DNA of 64,000 nt from a virus. The notes beneath the pieces were generated by a model. It saw nothing but the letters and a program-made list of their open reading frames with translations. It did no database searches and was not told the origin of the DNA. This document shows, one piece after another, positions 17,181 through 26,685 of the stretch; the first letter of the stretch is position 1; each line of letters begins with the position of its first letter. Where the stretch lies: IMG/VR virus record IMGVR_UViG_3300044623_000784, positions 1 to 64,000 of that record. The stretch is one strand, 5' to 3'. The position numbers and the translations under genes are program-made.

Positions 17181-18023
17181 TTATATCATATTGTATATAG
17201 ACTCAGCAATATGGATTTGTTGATGAAATCCCCAATGACCAGGGGGCCAATAGGCGTAGTCTGCTGCGTTATCAAAAAACTCATTATCAGAAAACTCTAA
17301 ATGGCATCCAATGTTTTTTGGTATTTTACTATTTAAGTAGGCGCTCTCAAAATATGTATCAGTAAAATCTTTAAAAGAGTATGGTTCTAAAGTTGAATCA
17401 TTATAATAGGTCCATAATAATTTTATGTTATTGGATTCGCAATATTGAATAAATATTTTTAAAAATAAAATATTATAAAAAATTCCAAATTCTTCGGGCA
17501 AAACATTTTCTGCCATATGGGGCTCTTTAGAAAACTTTTCAATTAATTTGTTTGAAAGCATTGCTTTTCCTATATTTTCTCTAGACTCTGAGTCATTGTC
17601 TTTTTTGTCATTCATTACTGTAAAATTTATTAAGGGAACCTCAATCCTTGCTATTGGGAATACTGCAAATATATATTCAGGATGGTGAAATTCTTTAAAA
17701 AACTGAAATGCTTTAATTATTTGTGCTTGCATTCCTTCTCCACCTTTTGCTAAATTAACATAATCTTTATTCATTTTTTCTGATATTAGGTAAGGCCATG
17801 TCAGTTCTATAGGCATTCCATGTCCTTCTGTTTGAGAGCATCCCAAAGTTAAAATTTTTTGATTGTTAAACTCATCACATCTATATCCTTGAGAGTTTAG
17901 TTTATACTCAATTAAAACAGAATCTGCTTCTATTTTAGGAATACCATTATTACTCATTTCTTTTAAAGATCTATTAACAAAAATATTTGGTATTGTCTTT
18001 GGTGTGTATTTTTTATTAATCAT
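17181..18023 (-). CDS. SGNH-hydrolase-like protein
   Basis: NSQGYRC, LGCSQTEG, NLAKGG, terminal GHWG...H. Confidence 0.65.
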   Translation of the reverse strand: MINKKYTPKTIPNIFVNRSLKEMSNNGIPKIEADSVLIEYKLNSQGYRCDEFNNQKILTLGCSQTEGHGMPIELTWPYLISEKMNKDYVNLAKGGEGMQAQIIKAFQFFKEFHHPEYIFAVFPIARIEVPLINFTVMNDKKDNDSESRENIGKAMLSNKLIEKFSKEPHMAENVLPEEFGIFYNILFLKIFIQYCESNNIKLLWTYYNDSTLEPYSFKDFTDTYFESAYLNSKIPKNIGCHLEFSDNEFFDNAADYAYWPPGHWGFHQQIHIAESIYNMI

Positions 18024-18043
18024 TAAACTATCCTATCACTCTA

Positions 18044-18130
18044 TTAGTAAATATATTTATCTTTAAATATTTTCTTTTTTTTAAACTTAAACAGCATGTA
18101 TAGCCTAACTTTTCTTATTATTTTTTTCAT
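18044..18130 (-). CDS. 28-aa Lys-rich peptide
   Basis: MKKIIRKVRLYMLFKFKKKKIFKDKYIY after GAGGG RBS. Confidence 0.55.
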   Translation of the reverse strand: MKKIIRKVRLYMLFKFKKKKIFKDKYIY

Positions 18131-18944
18131 TTTCCCTCGCTTCGTAAAATTTTTCTGCCCAGTACCTATGGAATACCAGCCCTTTGTGTCCATCATTTTT
18201 GGTCAGGTTGTATTTAACGGTTTTTGTTTTATCTTCATGCTGTTCAAAAATTTTTTTTATATTTAACTCCATATTTTTTATATCTAAAGAAATAAATTTT
18301 TTAAATTCATATTCTTTAAAGATGTCTTCTTCATCACCAAACCATGTAGACCAAAATAGTTTTGTATTGGATGCAGAGCAAAATGATTCTAGCAGTCTCA
18401 AACATATCACTGAGTTTCCATGTGCATTTACAAACTCTGCATCCGTAAAGTTATTTTCATCCGCCCGAATATTGTTTAGAAAAAATGAGTTTTCAGTGTC
18501 AGCAGTATGTTTATGACTGTATAAAATAGTTCTATATGTTTCTGGAATTAAAAAATATATTTCATCTGGCACACCGAAGTTATCTACATACTGCATTAAT
18601 TTTAGAATTTGTATTGTTATTCCATCACCTATACTTGCAATATTATAATATCCACTGACGCTTTCTTTTTCTTTTATTTTTTTATAAAGGATGTATGCCC
18701 ATGCTTCGTCTAGCCCATGGTTAGATCCTTGTGTTTCAGAACACCCCATAAAAAGTATGTGCTTTCCGTTGTGTGTGTCTATAAAATTATCGCACCTAAA
18801 TCCAAAAGAGTTAAAATCATCAAGCATACTTTCTGGATAGTTTTTTCTAAAATCTAAATCAGTCTCACCCATTGTATTAAATATAAGATCTTTATTATTT
18901 AAAAATAAATCTTTAACTATCTTATGATATAATCTTTTTGTCAT
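18105..18944 (-). CDS. SGNH-hydrolase-like protein
   Basis: NSFGFRC, MGCSETQG, NIASIG, DGH. Confidence 0.65.
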   Translation of the reverse strand: MTKRLYHKIVKDLFLNNKDLIFNTMGETDLDFRKNYPESMLDDFNSFGFRCDNFIDTHNGKHILFMGCSETQGSNHGLDEAWAYILYKKIKEKESVSGYYNIASIGDGITIQILKLMQYVDNFGVPDEIYFLIPETYRTILYSHKHTADTENSFFLNNIRADENNFTDAEFVNAHGNSVICLRLLESFCSASNTKLFWSTWFGDEEDIFKEYEFKKFISLDIKNMELNIKKIFEQHEDKTKTVKYNLTKNDGHKGLVFHRYWAEKFYEARENEKNNKKS

Positions 18945-20343
18945 AGTTTAACTCCCAACTACCTATATCATGTTCATCATTTAGTAGTGGTTGCCCTTTA
19001 ATGTTTAAACTAGTATTAAGAAGTATCGGAACACCAGTTTGTAAATAAAATTTATTCAAAACCCTGTATAGCCCTGGGTGCTGTTCTTTTGTAACTGTTT
19101 GAACTCTTGATGTGCCGTCTGCGTGTACCACAGAGGGGATCTTGTCAGGCTGCAGGCACTTAACTGTGTACTGCATATAAGGACTCTCAAAGTCCATATC
19201 AAACCATTTGGAGGCATGCTCTGCCATAACTACTGGGGCAAAGGGTCTAAAAAGTTCTCTCTGTTTAATTAGATTTACCTTGTCTTTAATTGATGGATCT
19301 CTTGGGTCCGCAAGTATACTTCTATTTCCTAATGCTCTTGGGCCATACTCTGCTCTTCCTGTTGCTACTGCTACGATTCCGTCTTTCAATATGCCGTCCA
19401 AAATTTTCTGAACAGGGTACTCTCCACCAAGGTCATAGCCAAGATAAGGAGTCTTCCAATCAAGATGCTTTCCATATAGGGCTGCTGATGCGCCTAAAGA
19501 ACTACCAGCATCACCAGGGTTAGGCATGATCCAAATCATATCAAATATTTTCCACAGCAGTGTATTTGCGGATGAGTTTAGTGCACATCCACCCATGAAT
19601 ACTAAATTATTTTTGCCAGTTAAACTTTTTGCCATACGCATGAATTGATTTAGCCTTTGCTCGTATACCATTTGTACTGCTGCTGCTATATCAAACTTAT
19701 CTTGTTCTGAAACCCAACCCCAGTCAGTTATTCCTTTATGAAAATTATATTTTTGTTTATCATAACTTGGGAAATATTCGTCTACTTTTTTATAATACTT
19801 TTGCCAGTCTCCATAGGCAGCCATCCCCATCATAATATATTCTTCTTGATTTGGCATTAAGCCTATTAGTTGTGTGAATGCTGAATAGAATAGTCCGAAA
19901 CTTACTGGATAGTTTTGTTTATACTTTAGTTTAATCTTGTCGCCTTCACCAACCCAAATTGTGGAGGTATTGTATTCACCCATAGCATCTAAAACAACAA
20001 TTACAGCATCGTTGAACAAACTCGTATAGTATCCTGCTGCTGCATGAGAATAGTGGTGGCTAAAGGATTTTCTAGGTATTCCTTCAATATTAAACTGTGG
20101 TTTCCAGTCTCCAGATCCACCCCTTAAAGCCAGTCTAGAGGCCTTTAGAAGAGGTTTCTCGTAGTATGCTATAGCATTAGGGGTGCCGTACTGCAAAGCA
20201 TTAGTGATTAAACTATCATTCACATACCAATCATTTTTTTGCTTACTATACCTTTCAGCATGTCCAGCAAAAAGTATCTCTCCATCTTTAATTAAAGAGA
20301 CAGATGCGTCGTGAGAGGTTTCGTTAATTCCAAGGATTATCAT
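18922..20343 (-). CDS. carbamoyltransferase (NodU/CmcH family)
   Basis: HDASV, ERYS, HHYSHA, GGCALN, GRAEYGPRALGNRS, FRPFAP, LNTSLN. Confidence 0.95.
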   Translation of the reverse strand: MIILGINETSHDASVSLIKDGEILFAGHAERYSKQKNDWYVNDSLITNALQYGTPNAIAYYEKPLLKASRLALRGGSGDWKPQFNIEGIPRKSFSHHYSHAAAGYYTSLFNDAVIVVLDAMGEYNTSTIWVGEGDKIKLKYKQNYPVSFGLFYSAFTQLIGLMPNQEEYIMMGMAAYGDWQKYYKKVDEYFPSYDKQKYNFHKGITDWGWVSEQDKFDIAAAVQMVYEQRLNQFMRMAKSLTGKNNLVFMGGCALNSSANTLLWKIFDMIWIMPNPGDAGSSLGASAALYGKHLDWKTPYLGYDLGGEYPVQKILDGILKDGIVAVATGRAEYGPRALGNRSILADPRDPSIKDKVNLIKQRELFRPFAPVVMAEHASKWFDMDFESPYMQYTVKCLQPDKIPSVVHADGTSRVQTVTKEQHPGLYRVLNKFYLQTGVPILLNTSLNIKGQPLLNDEHDIGSWELNYDKKIIS

Positions 20344-21295
20344 TATCCAACTCTCTCTTAAATCGTTCTGCAATGTGTATGTGTTGATGAATACCTATGT
20401 GTTCTTTATCATGCCCTGTGTTCCAAACTGTTTTTATTTTATTTTCTTTAATATCCTTATGGCAAGAAAGATTTTCAAACTCAAGTTCATCAAAATTAAA
20501 TTCTTTAGGTTCTAAGTAGTTTGAGTATTCAGAAAAACTTTCTTTTAACATTTTTAAAAACAAATTTGTTGTGTGATTCCAAGAACTATATTTAAAATAA
20601 ATATTATTTTGTTTGCAGTATTCGTTTAGTAGTAAAATTGATTGAAGGTTTTTGTAAAGGGCTTGAGTAAATGGAATAACGTCTAAAGGACTATGAGGAA
20701 GAACACTTAACTTATTAACTTTGTGATCATCGGATGGTCTTAAAAACCAGTGTTGTACGAGTTCATGCTTGTTTAATGGGGTTGGCATCTCTATTTTATT
20801 ACTATCTACCCCTTCTATTCTTCCTAAGTCTGGGTATAATACTAACAAAACTTTTGGGTTTCCATTTTTTTGAAAGTGATGCATTAATCCCTTTAATATT
20901 GACTCTGCTCCCCAGCCACCCATGCCTAAGTTTAGGGCTTCTTTACCGTAAGAATCTGCAATTTGAAAACCCCATATATCCTTGTAAGATCCATCTTTAA
21001 CTTCTGGCTCTGTTATGTGATCTCCATGCGTCTGGGAACAGCCTGAAAAAACAAATTCGTAGTACTTGTTAAAGTCTTGGTCCATAGGTCTGTATCGGTA
21101 ATCTTCAAGTTGTTGATCAAAAGTAAAAAAACTTAAAGCCTTAGATTGAGTAGTTGAATGAGAGGCAAGAATGTCTTTTAACTCTTCCAGAAACAGGGAC
21201 ATCTCTTCATTGCTGTATTTATTTTTAGAGTCAACTGTAATACCTTGAAAAAACCTAGTTAAAAAATCAAAAAATCTTCTGTTTATTTCGTTCAA
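20324..21295 (-). CDS. SGNH-hydrolase-like protein
   Basis: SGCSQTHG, NLGMGG, D..HIG...H. Confidence 0.65.
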   Translation of the reverse strand: MNEINRRFFDFLTRFFQGITVDSKNKYSNEEMSLFLEELKDILASHSTTQSKALSFFTFDQQLEDYRYRPMDQDFNKYYEFVFSGCSQTHGDHITEPEVKDGSYKDIWGFQIADSYGKEALNLGMGGWGAESILKGLMHHFQKNGNPKVLLVLYPDLGRIEGVDSNKIEMPTPLNKHELVQHWFLRPSDDHKVNKLSVLPHSPLDVIPFTQALYKNLQSILLLNEYCKQNNIYFKYSSWNHTTNLFLKMLKESFSEYSNYLEPKEFNFDELEFENLSCHKDIKENKIKTVWNTGHDKEHIGIHQHIHIAERFKRELDNDNPWN

Positions 21296-21375
21296 TATAT
21301 AAACCTGTTGTCTTTCTTTTTAAAGATTTTTTTTATTTTATAATAAACTTTATACATTAAGTACTTTAGTATCAT
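21292..21375 (-). CDS. 27-aa Lys-rich peptide
   Basis: MILKYLMYKVYYKIKKIFKRKDNRFIY after AGGAG RBS; stop overlaps next start. Confidence 0.55.
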   Translation of the reverse strand: MILKYLMYKVYYKIKKIFKKKDNRFIY

Positions 21376-21450
21376 TTTTTCTCCTATTATTAAATTATAT
21401 CATAGAAAAGCAGGCCTGTAAAATAACAAGCCTGCTAATCTTTAGGAAAA

Positions 21451-21750
21451 TTACTTTACCTGGTTAGTTGGTTTTCCTCCGCCAGATGACTTCTTTGCAG
21501 GAGCCTTCTTTGCGGTCTTCTTAACAACCTTAGCAGTCTTAACTGCCTTGTCTACATCTTCTGCAGATGGCATCTTGCCGAATGCAGGATCGTTAGGGTT
21601 GGCTGCTCTCAATACAACGGGCACAAGTGCTCCAAGTAGTGAGTATGCTAATGTCTGTGGATCTGTAACTCCAGAAGCATACATTGCTGTTGCTGCTCCA
21701 AGTACTGATCTTCCGTATGACGCTAGTGCGTTTTTGATTTGTTTATTCAT
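21451..21750 (-). CDS. holin-like membrane protein with Lys-rich tail
   Basis: Two hydrophobic segments, NPNDPAFG, KKAPAKK tail; GGAGG RBS. Confidence 0.55.
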   Translation of the reverse strand: MNKQIKNALASYGRSVLGAATAMYASGVTDPQTLAYSLLGALVPVVLRAANPNDPAFGKMPSAEDVDKAVKTAKVVKKTAKKAPAKKSSGGGKPTNQVK

Positions 21751-21760
21751 TTTATTCCTC

Positions 21761-21919
21761 CTAGGATATGAATTTTGTTAGTACTGTAAAACCAATCCAT
21801 AAACCAATAATTCCTGCGACTCCCGCAAAAACTGGTGGTGCTGGTACTGGCAATTTGAATGCAGCAAATACTACACCACATCCAAAACCTGTTAATACTG
21901 AAAGCATAATTTCTTTCAT
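21761..21919 (-). CDS. XapX/DUF1427-like small membrane protein
   Basis: Hand-read; KLPVPAPPVFAGVAGIIGLWIG. Confidence 0.75.
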   Translation of the reverse strand: MKEIMLSVLTGFGCGVVFAAFKLPVPAPPVFAGVAGIIGLWIGFTVLTKFIS

Positions 21920-22329
21920 GCGTCTATTCTACCATAGTCATCTGGCAGGAGTTTTTTTAGTTCTTTGTACGCTCCTGATATTTTTTTTAAGGCAAAGTCA
22001 TGTGGAGTAATCATGCCATCTACTGCTGAGCCATATTTATCGTAGTGTTCGACCTGTGGACCAACCTCATCAATAAACAACTTTAGCCCAGACTGAACCT
22101 CTTCTATATACTGATATGCCCAATCACGAGAATCTGAAACAAATTTTAAAAATGCTTCGTTTGATTCTTCTTGATCTGTTTTATTTCCGTCGCTAATAGA
22201 CTGCTGCATAAGCAAAAGATTTAATGTGTTTGCCAAAATGATGCGGTTCTTTTTTATTTGAAACACATACAAAGATAAGAATAATAGAGTTAAGAATACA
22301 AATACTCCGACTAGAATTGACTCAATCAT
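21916..22329 (-). CDS. hypothetical protein with N-terminal TM helix
   Basis: FLKFVSDSRDWAY segment. Confidence 0.75.
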   Translation of the reverse strand: MIESILVGVFVFLTLLFLSLYVFQIKKNRIILANTLNLLLMQQSISDGNKTDQEESNEAFLKFVSDSRDWAYQYIEEVQSGLKLFIDEVGPQVEHYDKYGSAVDGMITPHDFALKKISGAYKELKKLLPDDYGRIDA

Positions 22330-22565
22330 AGTTCTTTTCCACCTTCTCTTACCAACAAAACAATAGCACCATTATCTTCAAGTGCTTTTTTAACACGAAT
22401 CATGTACTCAATAGCCTGTCTCTTTAACTCAACAGTCTCCAAGGACATAAAGTCTTTCTCTTTTGCTTTTACTGTTATAAAATTATCATTATCTACAATT
22501 TCCAAACTAAAATTGTTTGGGGCATGCAAAGATCTAAACGCTCTTCTCATTGCATCTGTATACAT
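22326..22565 (-). CDS. hypothetical protein
   Basis: 79-aa coupled ORF. Confidence 0.75.
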   Translation of the reverse strand: MYTDAMRRAFRSLHAPNNFSLEIVDNDNFITVKAKEKDFMSLETVELKRQAIEYMIRVKKALEDNGAIVLLVREGGKEL

Positions 22566-22566
22566 C

Positions 22567-22848
22567 TTACTCCATTGTTAATGATTGCCATGTCATTCCC
22601 CAGTCATCCTTGCTCTTGTGGCTAGAAAACTCTTTTGATATTTCACCATTCTCTAAGTATACACCACCCCAGACTCCCCACTCTTTTCCTGAAATTCCAA
22701 CAGAAAAGCAGTCTTTCCTTACTGGACAGGATGAACAAAGAGCATCAATTGCTGGTCTTAGTAGTTCATCTTCCTCATATTTATCAAAAAATAAGTTTGT
22801 ATCATAGTCTAAACAAACAGCATCATCTTTCCATTTAAACTTATTCAT
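22567..22848 (-). CDS. whiB: WhiB-family transcription factor
   Basis: W...A.C, CSSCPVRKDC, GVWGG. Confidence 0.9.
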   Translation of the reverse strand: MNKFKWKDDAVCLDYDTNLFFDKYEEDELLRPAIDALCSSCPVRKDCFSVGISGKEWGVWGGVYLENGEISKEFSSHKSKDDWGMTWQSLTME

Positions 22849-23088
22849 TTAGATCACATACTTATCAGGGATTTCCCATCCTTGGCTAGAAGGAATAAAC
22901 TCTTTTTTCATTTGCCACTTGTTATTTTTATAGATACCAAATTTTGAGTAGTAGGCTTTCTCTGAGGGAAATGTCTCAACTACTGTCCAACCATCCCATG
23001 ACAGTTGTCTATTCTTGTTTACTATTGACTCCATAGTGTCTAAAGAATTAACTAATTTCATAATCTTTCCATTCTGTTTGTGTGCCAA
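22849..23088 (-). CDS. hypothetical protein (start may be downstream MKLV)
   Basis: LSWDGWTV...GWEIP. Confidence 0.7.
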   Translation of the reverse strand: MAHKQNGKIMKLVNSLDTMESIVNKNRQLSWDGWTVVETFPSEKAYYSKFGIYKNNKWQMKKEFIPSSQGWEIPDKYVI

Positions 23089-23144
23089 GGCACATTTGAA
23101 GCATACTAAATTCTAACATATATGACAGAGTTTGTCAAGAACTA

Positions 23145-23495
23145 TTAGAATGTGTATACGTTTGTGTTTATATTATTTAGTTTTGATATGTGAACCATCT
23201 TTGACACTGGCTCTTTTGGATTAGACAAAAAGGCAAAGTGGTTTAGTTCAGATATGTTTTCTTCTAGCCATTGAGGAGTCACTTTAATAAACTTAATAGA
23301 CTTACCTCTTGACTTCATTCCTTTTTCAGATAGGTTTGCAAACTCCATAGCCATCATATTAATATTGTTTGGACCCGCAGAATATATATGAAAGTTTTTG
23401 TCCTCTTCTAGCAATTCAGAAAGGGCAACGGCCATCGATCTAAGGAATACATTATAGTTGTCAAAACTACTCGTCCCCTGAACCCCTACTATCAT
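23145..23495 (-). CDS. hypothetical protein, possible SLOG/YspA-like fold
   Basis: IVGVQGTSSFDNY N-terminus. Confidence 0.6.
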   Translation of the reverse strand: MIVGVQGTSSFDNYNVFLRSMAVALSELLEEDKNFHIYSAGPNNINMMAMEFANLSEKGMKSRGKSIKFIKVTPQWLEENISELNHFAFLSNPKEPVSKMVHISKLNNINTNVYTF

Positions 23496-23883
23496 CGTTA
23501 ATCCCTTCTCTTAATCTATCCATTATGAATAGCATTTTATCTAATTGTACCTTATCCATGTGTATTGTGTCAACTTGTTCCGCAGACTCCTTGTCAATAA
23601 GTTCATTGACCAGTGGCGCTTTGTAAAAAATATTATCTTTAATCCAGTACGCACTGTTATCAAAAATAATTACTTTTATATTAGTTTTATCGTAATGTAT
23701 TTTAGACTGTGACCTAGTTTTTAATTTTCTAGATTTACTCTTTCCATTGCTATACCTATACTGAAGCATTGACTGGCTAATAATTGGAGTGCTGATATTA
23801 TTTGCTTTGACTCTTAAAATATAAACATAAACAAGCAAGGCAAGTATTACTGTTGTCCCGATAGCACCATACAAATTATTCAT
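23467..23883 (-). CDS. hypothetical protein with N-terminal TM helix
   Basis: 138-aa ORF. Confidence 0.7.
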   Translation of the reverse strand: MNNLYGAIGTTVILALLVYVYILRVKANNISTPIISQSMLQYRYSNGKSKSRKLKTRSQSKIHYDKTNIKVIIFDNSAYWIKDNIFYKAPLVNELIDKESAEQVDTIHMDKVQLDKMLFIMDRLREGINDDSRGSGDE

Positions 23884-23907
23884 AAAGACTCCCAGGTATT
23901 TAGTATA

Positions 23908-24237
23908 TCATTTTTTATTAGAAAGAGCCTTTATTATCTCTTCGATAACAACTCTTTGATCTTTGTCTAAAGACTTTATTGCATCTAGGTCAAGGCCTTT
24001 TGGACCTATCTTAACCAGAGGATCTTCTTCTGTTATATCCATGTCGATAAAACCTTTTTCCCAAAGTTTTAAAGTAACTTTTGAAAAGTATATAGAAAGA
24101 TCATCACTAAGTTTAGAGTCTAACTCCTTAAGCCTATCTGTTGGCCTGTAAAGGGGTTCCCCAGTCTCAGAGTCAGTACCTGCAAACTCTAGCCCACCAT
24201 TAAGTATTAACTTATCTACGGAATCAAACTCATCCAC
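23908..24237 (-). CDS. hypothetical protein
   Basis: G.DSETGE.LY, LWEKGF. Confidence 0.75.
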   Translation of the reverse strand: MDEFDSVDKLILNGGLEFAGTDSETGEPLYRPTDRLKELDSKLSDDLSIYFSKVTLKLWEKGFIDMDITEEDPLVKIGPKGLDLDAIKSLDKDQRVVIEEIIKALSNKK

Positions 24238-24239
24238 GG

Positions 24240-24647
24240 TTATTTCCCAGACTTCTTTCTGGCCTTTGCTAGTTGATCAAAATCTTTAACCTTAGTGTCA
24301 CCTAGATATCCCCAGGCATAGCCATCATTGATCATCATGTCGTTAAGAGATACGGTATCTCCATTAATATATACCCAGCCTAAAATGCGACCATACTTCT
24401 CAGATGAATCCATCTTCTCAGTCTTAATAATAACAGACTTGGCATCTTTTAGAGCCTTCTTTAGGTACTCTTTAGACTCAAGACCAAGAGTCTTTTCTTT
24501 AAGGTCTTTCGTACGAGACTCAGGGGTATCAATACCAGCCAATCTCACACGGGATTGAAACAAAATATCAAACCCTAAATCAATAAGAACGTCAATGGTA
24601 TCTCCATCTACTACGTTCTCTACTTTTCTTACATAGTATTCATACAT
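24240..24647 (-). CDS. thermonuclease (SNase-like)
   Basis: VVDGDTID, VRLAGIDTPE, KYGRILG. Confidence 0.92.
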   Translation of the reverse strand: MYEYYVRKVENVVDGDTIDVLIDLGFDILFQSRVRLAGIDTPESRTKDLKEKTLGLESKEYLKKALKDAKSVIIKTEKMDSSEKYGRILGWVYINGDTVSLNDMMINDGYAWGYLGDTKVKDFDQLAKARKKSGK

Positions 24648-25446
24648 TTGTAGCCTCCTTGTTTTTTACAAAATTGTAAACATCTAAGTCTATACTGTTT
24701 AACTCTAGGACTCTGTCCTTTTCTCCTTGAGTTAACAAGTTTACAAAGTAATCAGACGAAACTTTTTCTTTATTTAACTCAGATGGTCCAACATTAATCT
24801 TAGTATTAAGATCAAAGTTTATCTCAATGCCGTGGTTTAATAGGAACCAGTCTTTAATTTTACCACAGAACACACCTATGTTATCAACTGTGTTTACGAT
24901 TTTAAAACTATTTATATTCTCAATTGCATTAGTTAGAGATGTATTTTCATTTCCAACAAACCAATCAAACCCATAACCTTCATGATACTTCTTCATCATT
25001 TCGGCTCTATGCTTTGTGTAAAAAGACTCTGCATCCCAAGATCTTGGATCAGCAGAGTTACAAATAAATCTACTCTGATAGTTGTTATGAATTAAAAAAT
25101 TATTATCTTCAAACAAATAATATAAAAACTTTTCCTTGTTATCTTTTCTTTCCATGTACTCTGGCCTGTCTTGCAGATATCTAGGATATATAAAATTAAA
25201 ATAACTTGCTCTTGCTTCTACTGGTTCTCTTACTACCGTTGCAGTATCCACATCTTTTAAAAATTCTATGGGGTATGTTCCTCCATGAGCAGAAATGTAG
25301 ATTTTTGAATCTAAAAACTCATTACTGTTTGGAAAGTATGTACTAACATAAGATAAAATATCATTATTTATACTATTTTTTATATTATGAGAAATAAATT
25401 TTCCAGCAGTTTTTGGTATATGTAAAAAGTATAACTGCTTATTCAT
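24640..25446 (-). CDS. sulfotransferase-family protein
   Basis: FLHIPKTAG (5'-PSB), VREPVEARAS.F (3'-PB), N..D..VY. Confidence 0.8.
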   Translation of the reverse strand: MNKQLYFLHIPKTAGKFISHNIKNSINNDILSYVSTYFPNSNEFLDSKIYISAHGGTYPIEFLKDVDTATVVREPVEARASYFNFIYPRYLQDRPEYMERKDNKEKFLYYLFEDNNFLIHNNYQSRFICNSADPRSWDAESFYTKHRAEMMKKYHEGYGFDWFVGNENTSLTNAIENINSFKIVNTVDNIGVFCGKIKDWFLLNHGIEINFDLNTKINVGPSELNKEKVSSDYFVNLLTQGEKDRVLELNSIDLDVYNFVKNKEATNV

Positions 25447-25448
25447 GT

Positions 25449-25652
25449 TTATTTTCTCCCCCATTGTATATAGTTCCACCCACGCTCATGTGCGTAGTAG
25501 ATAAATACTTTAACTACCGTTTCCCAAAACGCAATCGTTACTGAGAGCGAAGCGTTCTTTGTTATAACATAAGCAACCGCAACAGAGGAGAGTGTTCCCC
25601 ATATGCGATAACTAAGTGCCTTAGCAAACGATCTTGCTCTGGTTACTGTCAT
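25449..25652 (-). CDS. DUF2061 membrane protein
   Basis: RSFAKALSYR...YYAHERGW. Confidence 0.85.
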   Translation of the reverse strand: MTVTRARSFAKALSYRIWGTLSSVAVAYVITKNASLSVTIAFWETVVKVFIYYAHERGWNYIQWGRK

Positions 25653-25855
25653 TCCTTGCCCCACTTGACAGCATTCCAAATTCTTTCATGATAATAGTAT
25701 GCCACAAAATTAACCCCATTGGTTATTAGTGTAGCAATAGTAGCCAGACTAATATCTTCGCTCAAAGCATAAAGAGTTACAAACCCTGAAACCATTGCGA
25801 CAACTCTCCATGTTAAAGACTTAACAAGTGATCTACTTTTCTTTACGCTCATCAT
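25649..25855 (-). CDS. DUF2061 membrane protein
   Basis: RSLVKSLTWR...YYYHERIW. Confidence 0.85.
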   Translation of the reverse strand: MMSVKKSRSLVKSLTWRVVAMVSGFVTLYALSEDISLATIATLITNGVNFVAYYYHERIWNAVKWGKE

Positions 25856-25926
25856 TATCCTTAAACATTGACGCTATAATTCTTTCATCTGCAGCATTGA
25901 TTGCTTCCCCAGATTTTTCTATCTGT

Positions 25927-26685
25927 CTAAAGGCCCAACTGCTTGCGTTTTTCAGTAGCCGAAATAGCATGAATGTCTGCCCCCAAATCTACTTGTTCAA
26001 TCTTGTATCCAACATCTCTACCATATACAATGTTGGTAATGTTTGGTAGTCTTAATACTAATGCACCATCCATAAATTCATCCTTGGCAATATATTCTTT
26101 TACCTGATCGAACTTAAGTGGATCTTTCTCGCTTGTATTGTATGTATTACGTACTCCCAGCAAAACCTGCTCTGTTCTCTTCCCTGCCTCTTTGTAAAGA
26201 GCGTGATGTCCTTCATGCCATGGCTGATATCTGCCCAGCATAAGGGTTGTAGGGGCTGTCCAGTCGTGTAACTGGCAAGCAGCAATGATAAGGTCAGCCT
26301 CTTCTTCTACTGTCATCCCACAGGGGATTCTGACATCGCATGACTCTGGGTCTTCCCACATCTTGTTTGTGTCTTCAAATCTTCCAGACTCAATTCTGTC
26401 TACCCAAATTAAAATATCTGGCTTGCCAAATGCTGCACGAGTCAAGTCGGTAGGGCACACAAAGTCAACTATCACTGGAGCAACTCCCTGCTTAGCAATA
26501 AGTCTTGCCATGTCCCCCATACGTCTTGCCTGTTCAATTCTATCTTCAGGGCTAAAACCTAAGTCTGAGTTTACTGTTGCACGGACCTCATCTGCATTAA
26601 GGTGAATGGCGTTAATTCTTTCTTTGAGTGCCTTGGCCAACTCTGTCTTACCAGCACCTGGCAGACCAATAATCTGAATAATCAT
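25927..26685 (-). CDS. adenylylsulfate kinase-like domain fused to HxGH nucleotidyltransferase domain
   Basis: GLPGAGKT, LNADEVR, DLGFSPEDR; GRYQPWHEGH, ISAT. Confidence 0.8.
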   Translation of the reverse strand: MIIQIIGLPGAGKTELAKALKERINAIHLNADEVRATVNSDLGFSPEDRIEQARRMGDMARLIAKQGVAPVIVDFVCPTDLTRAAFGKPDILIWVDRIESGRFEDTNKMWEDPESCDVRIPCGMTVEEEADLIIAACQLHDWTAPTTLMLGRYQPWHEGHHALYKEAGKRTEQVLLGVRNTYNTSEKDPLKFDQVKEYIAKDEFMDGALVLRLPNITNIVYGRDVGYKIEQVDLGADIHAISATEKRKQLGL

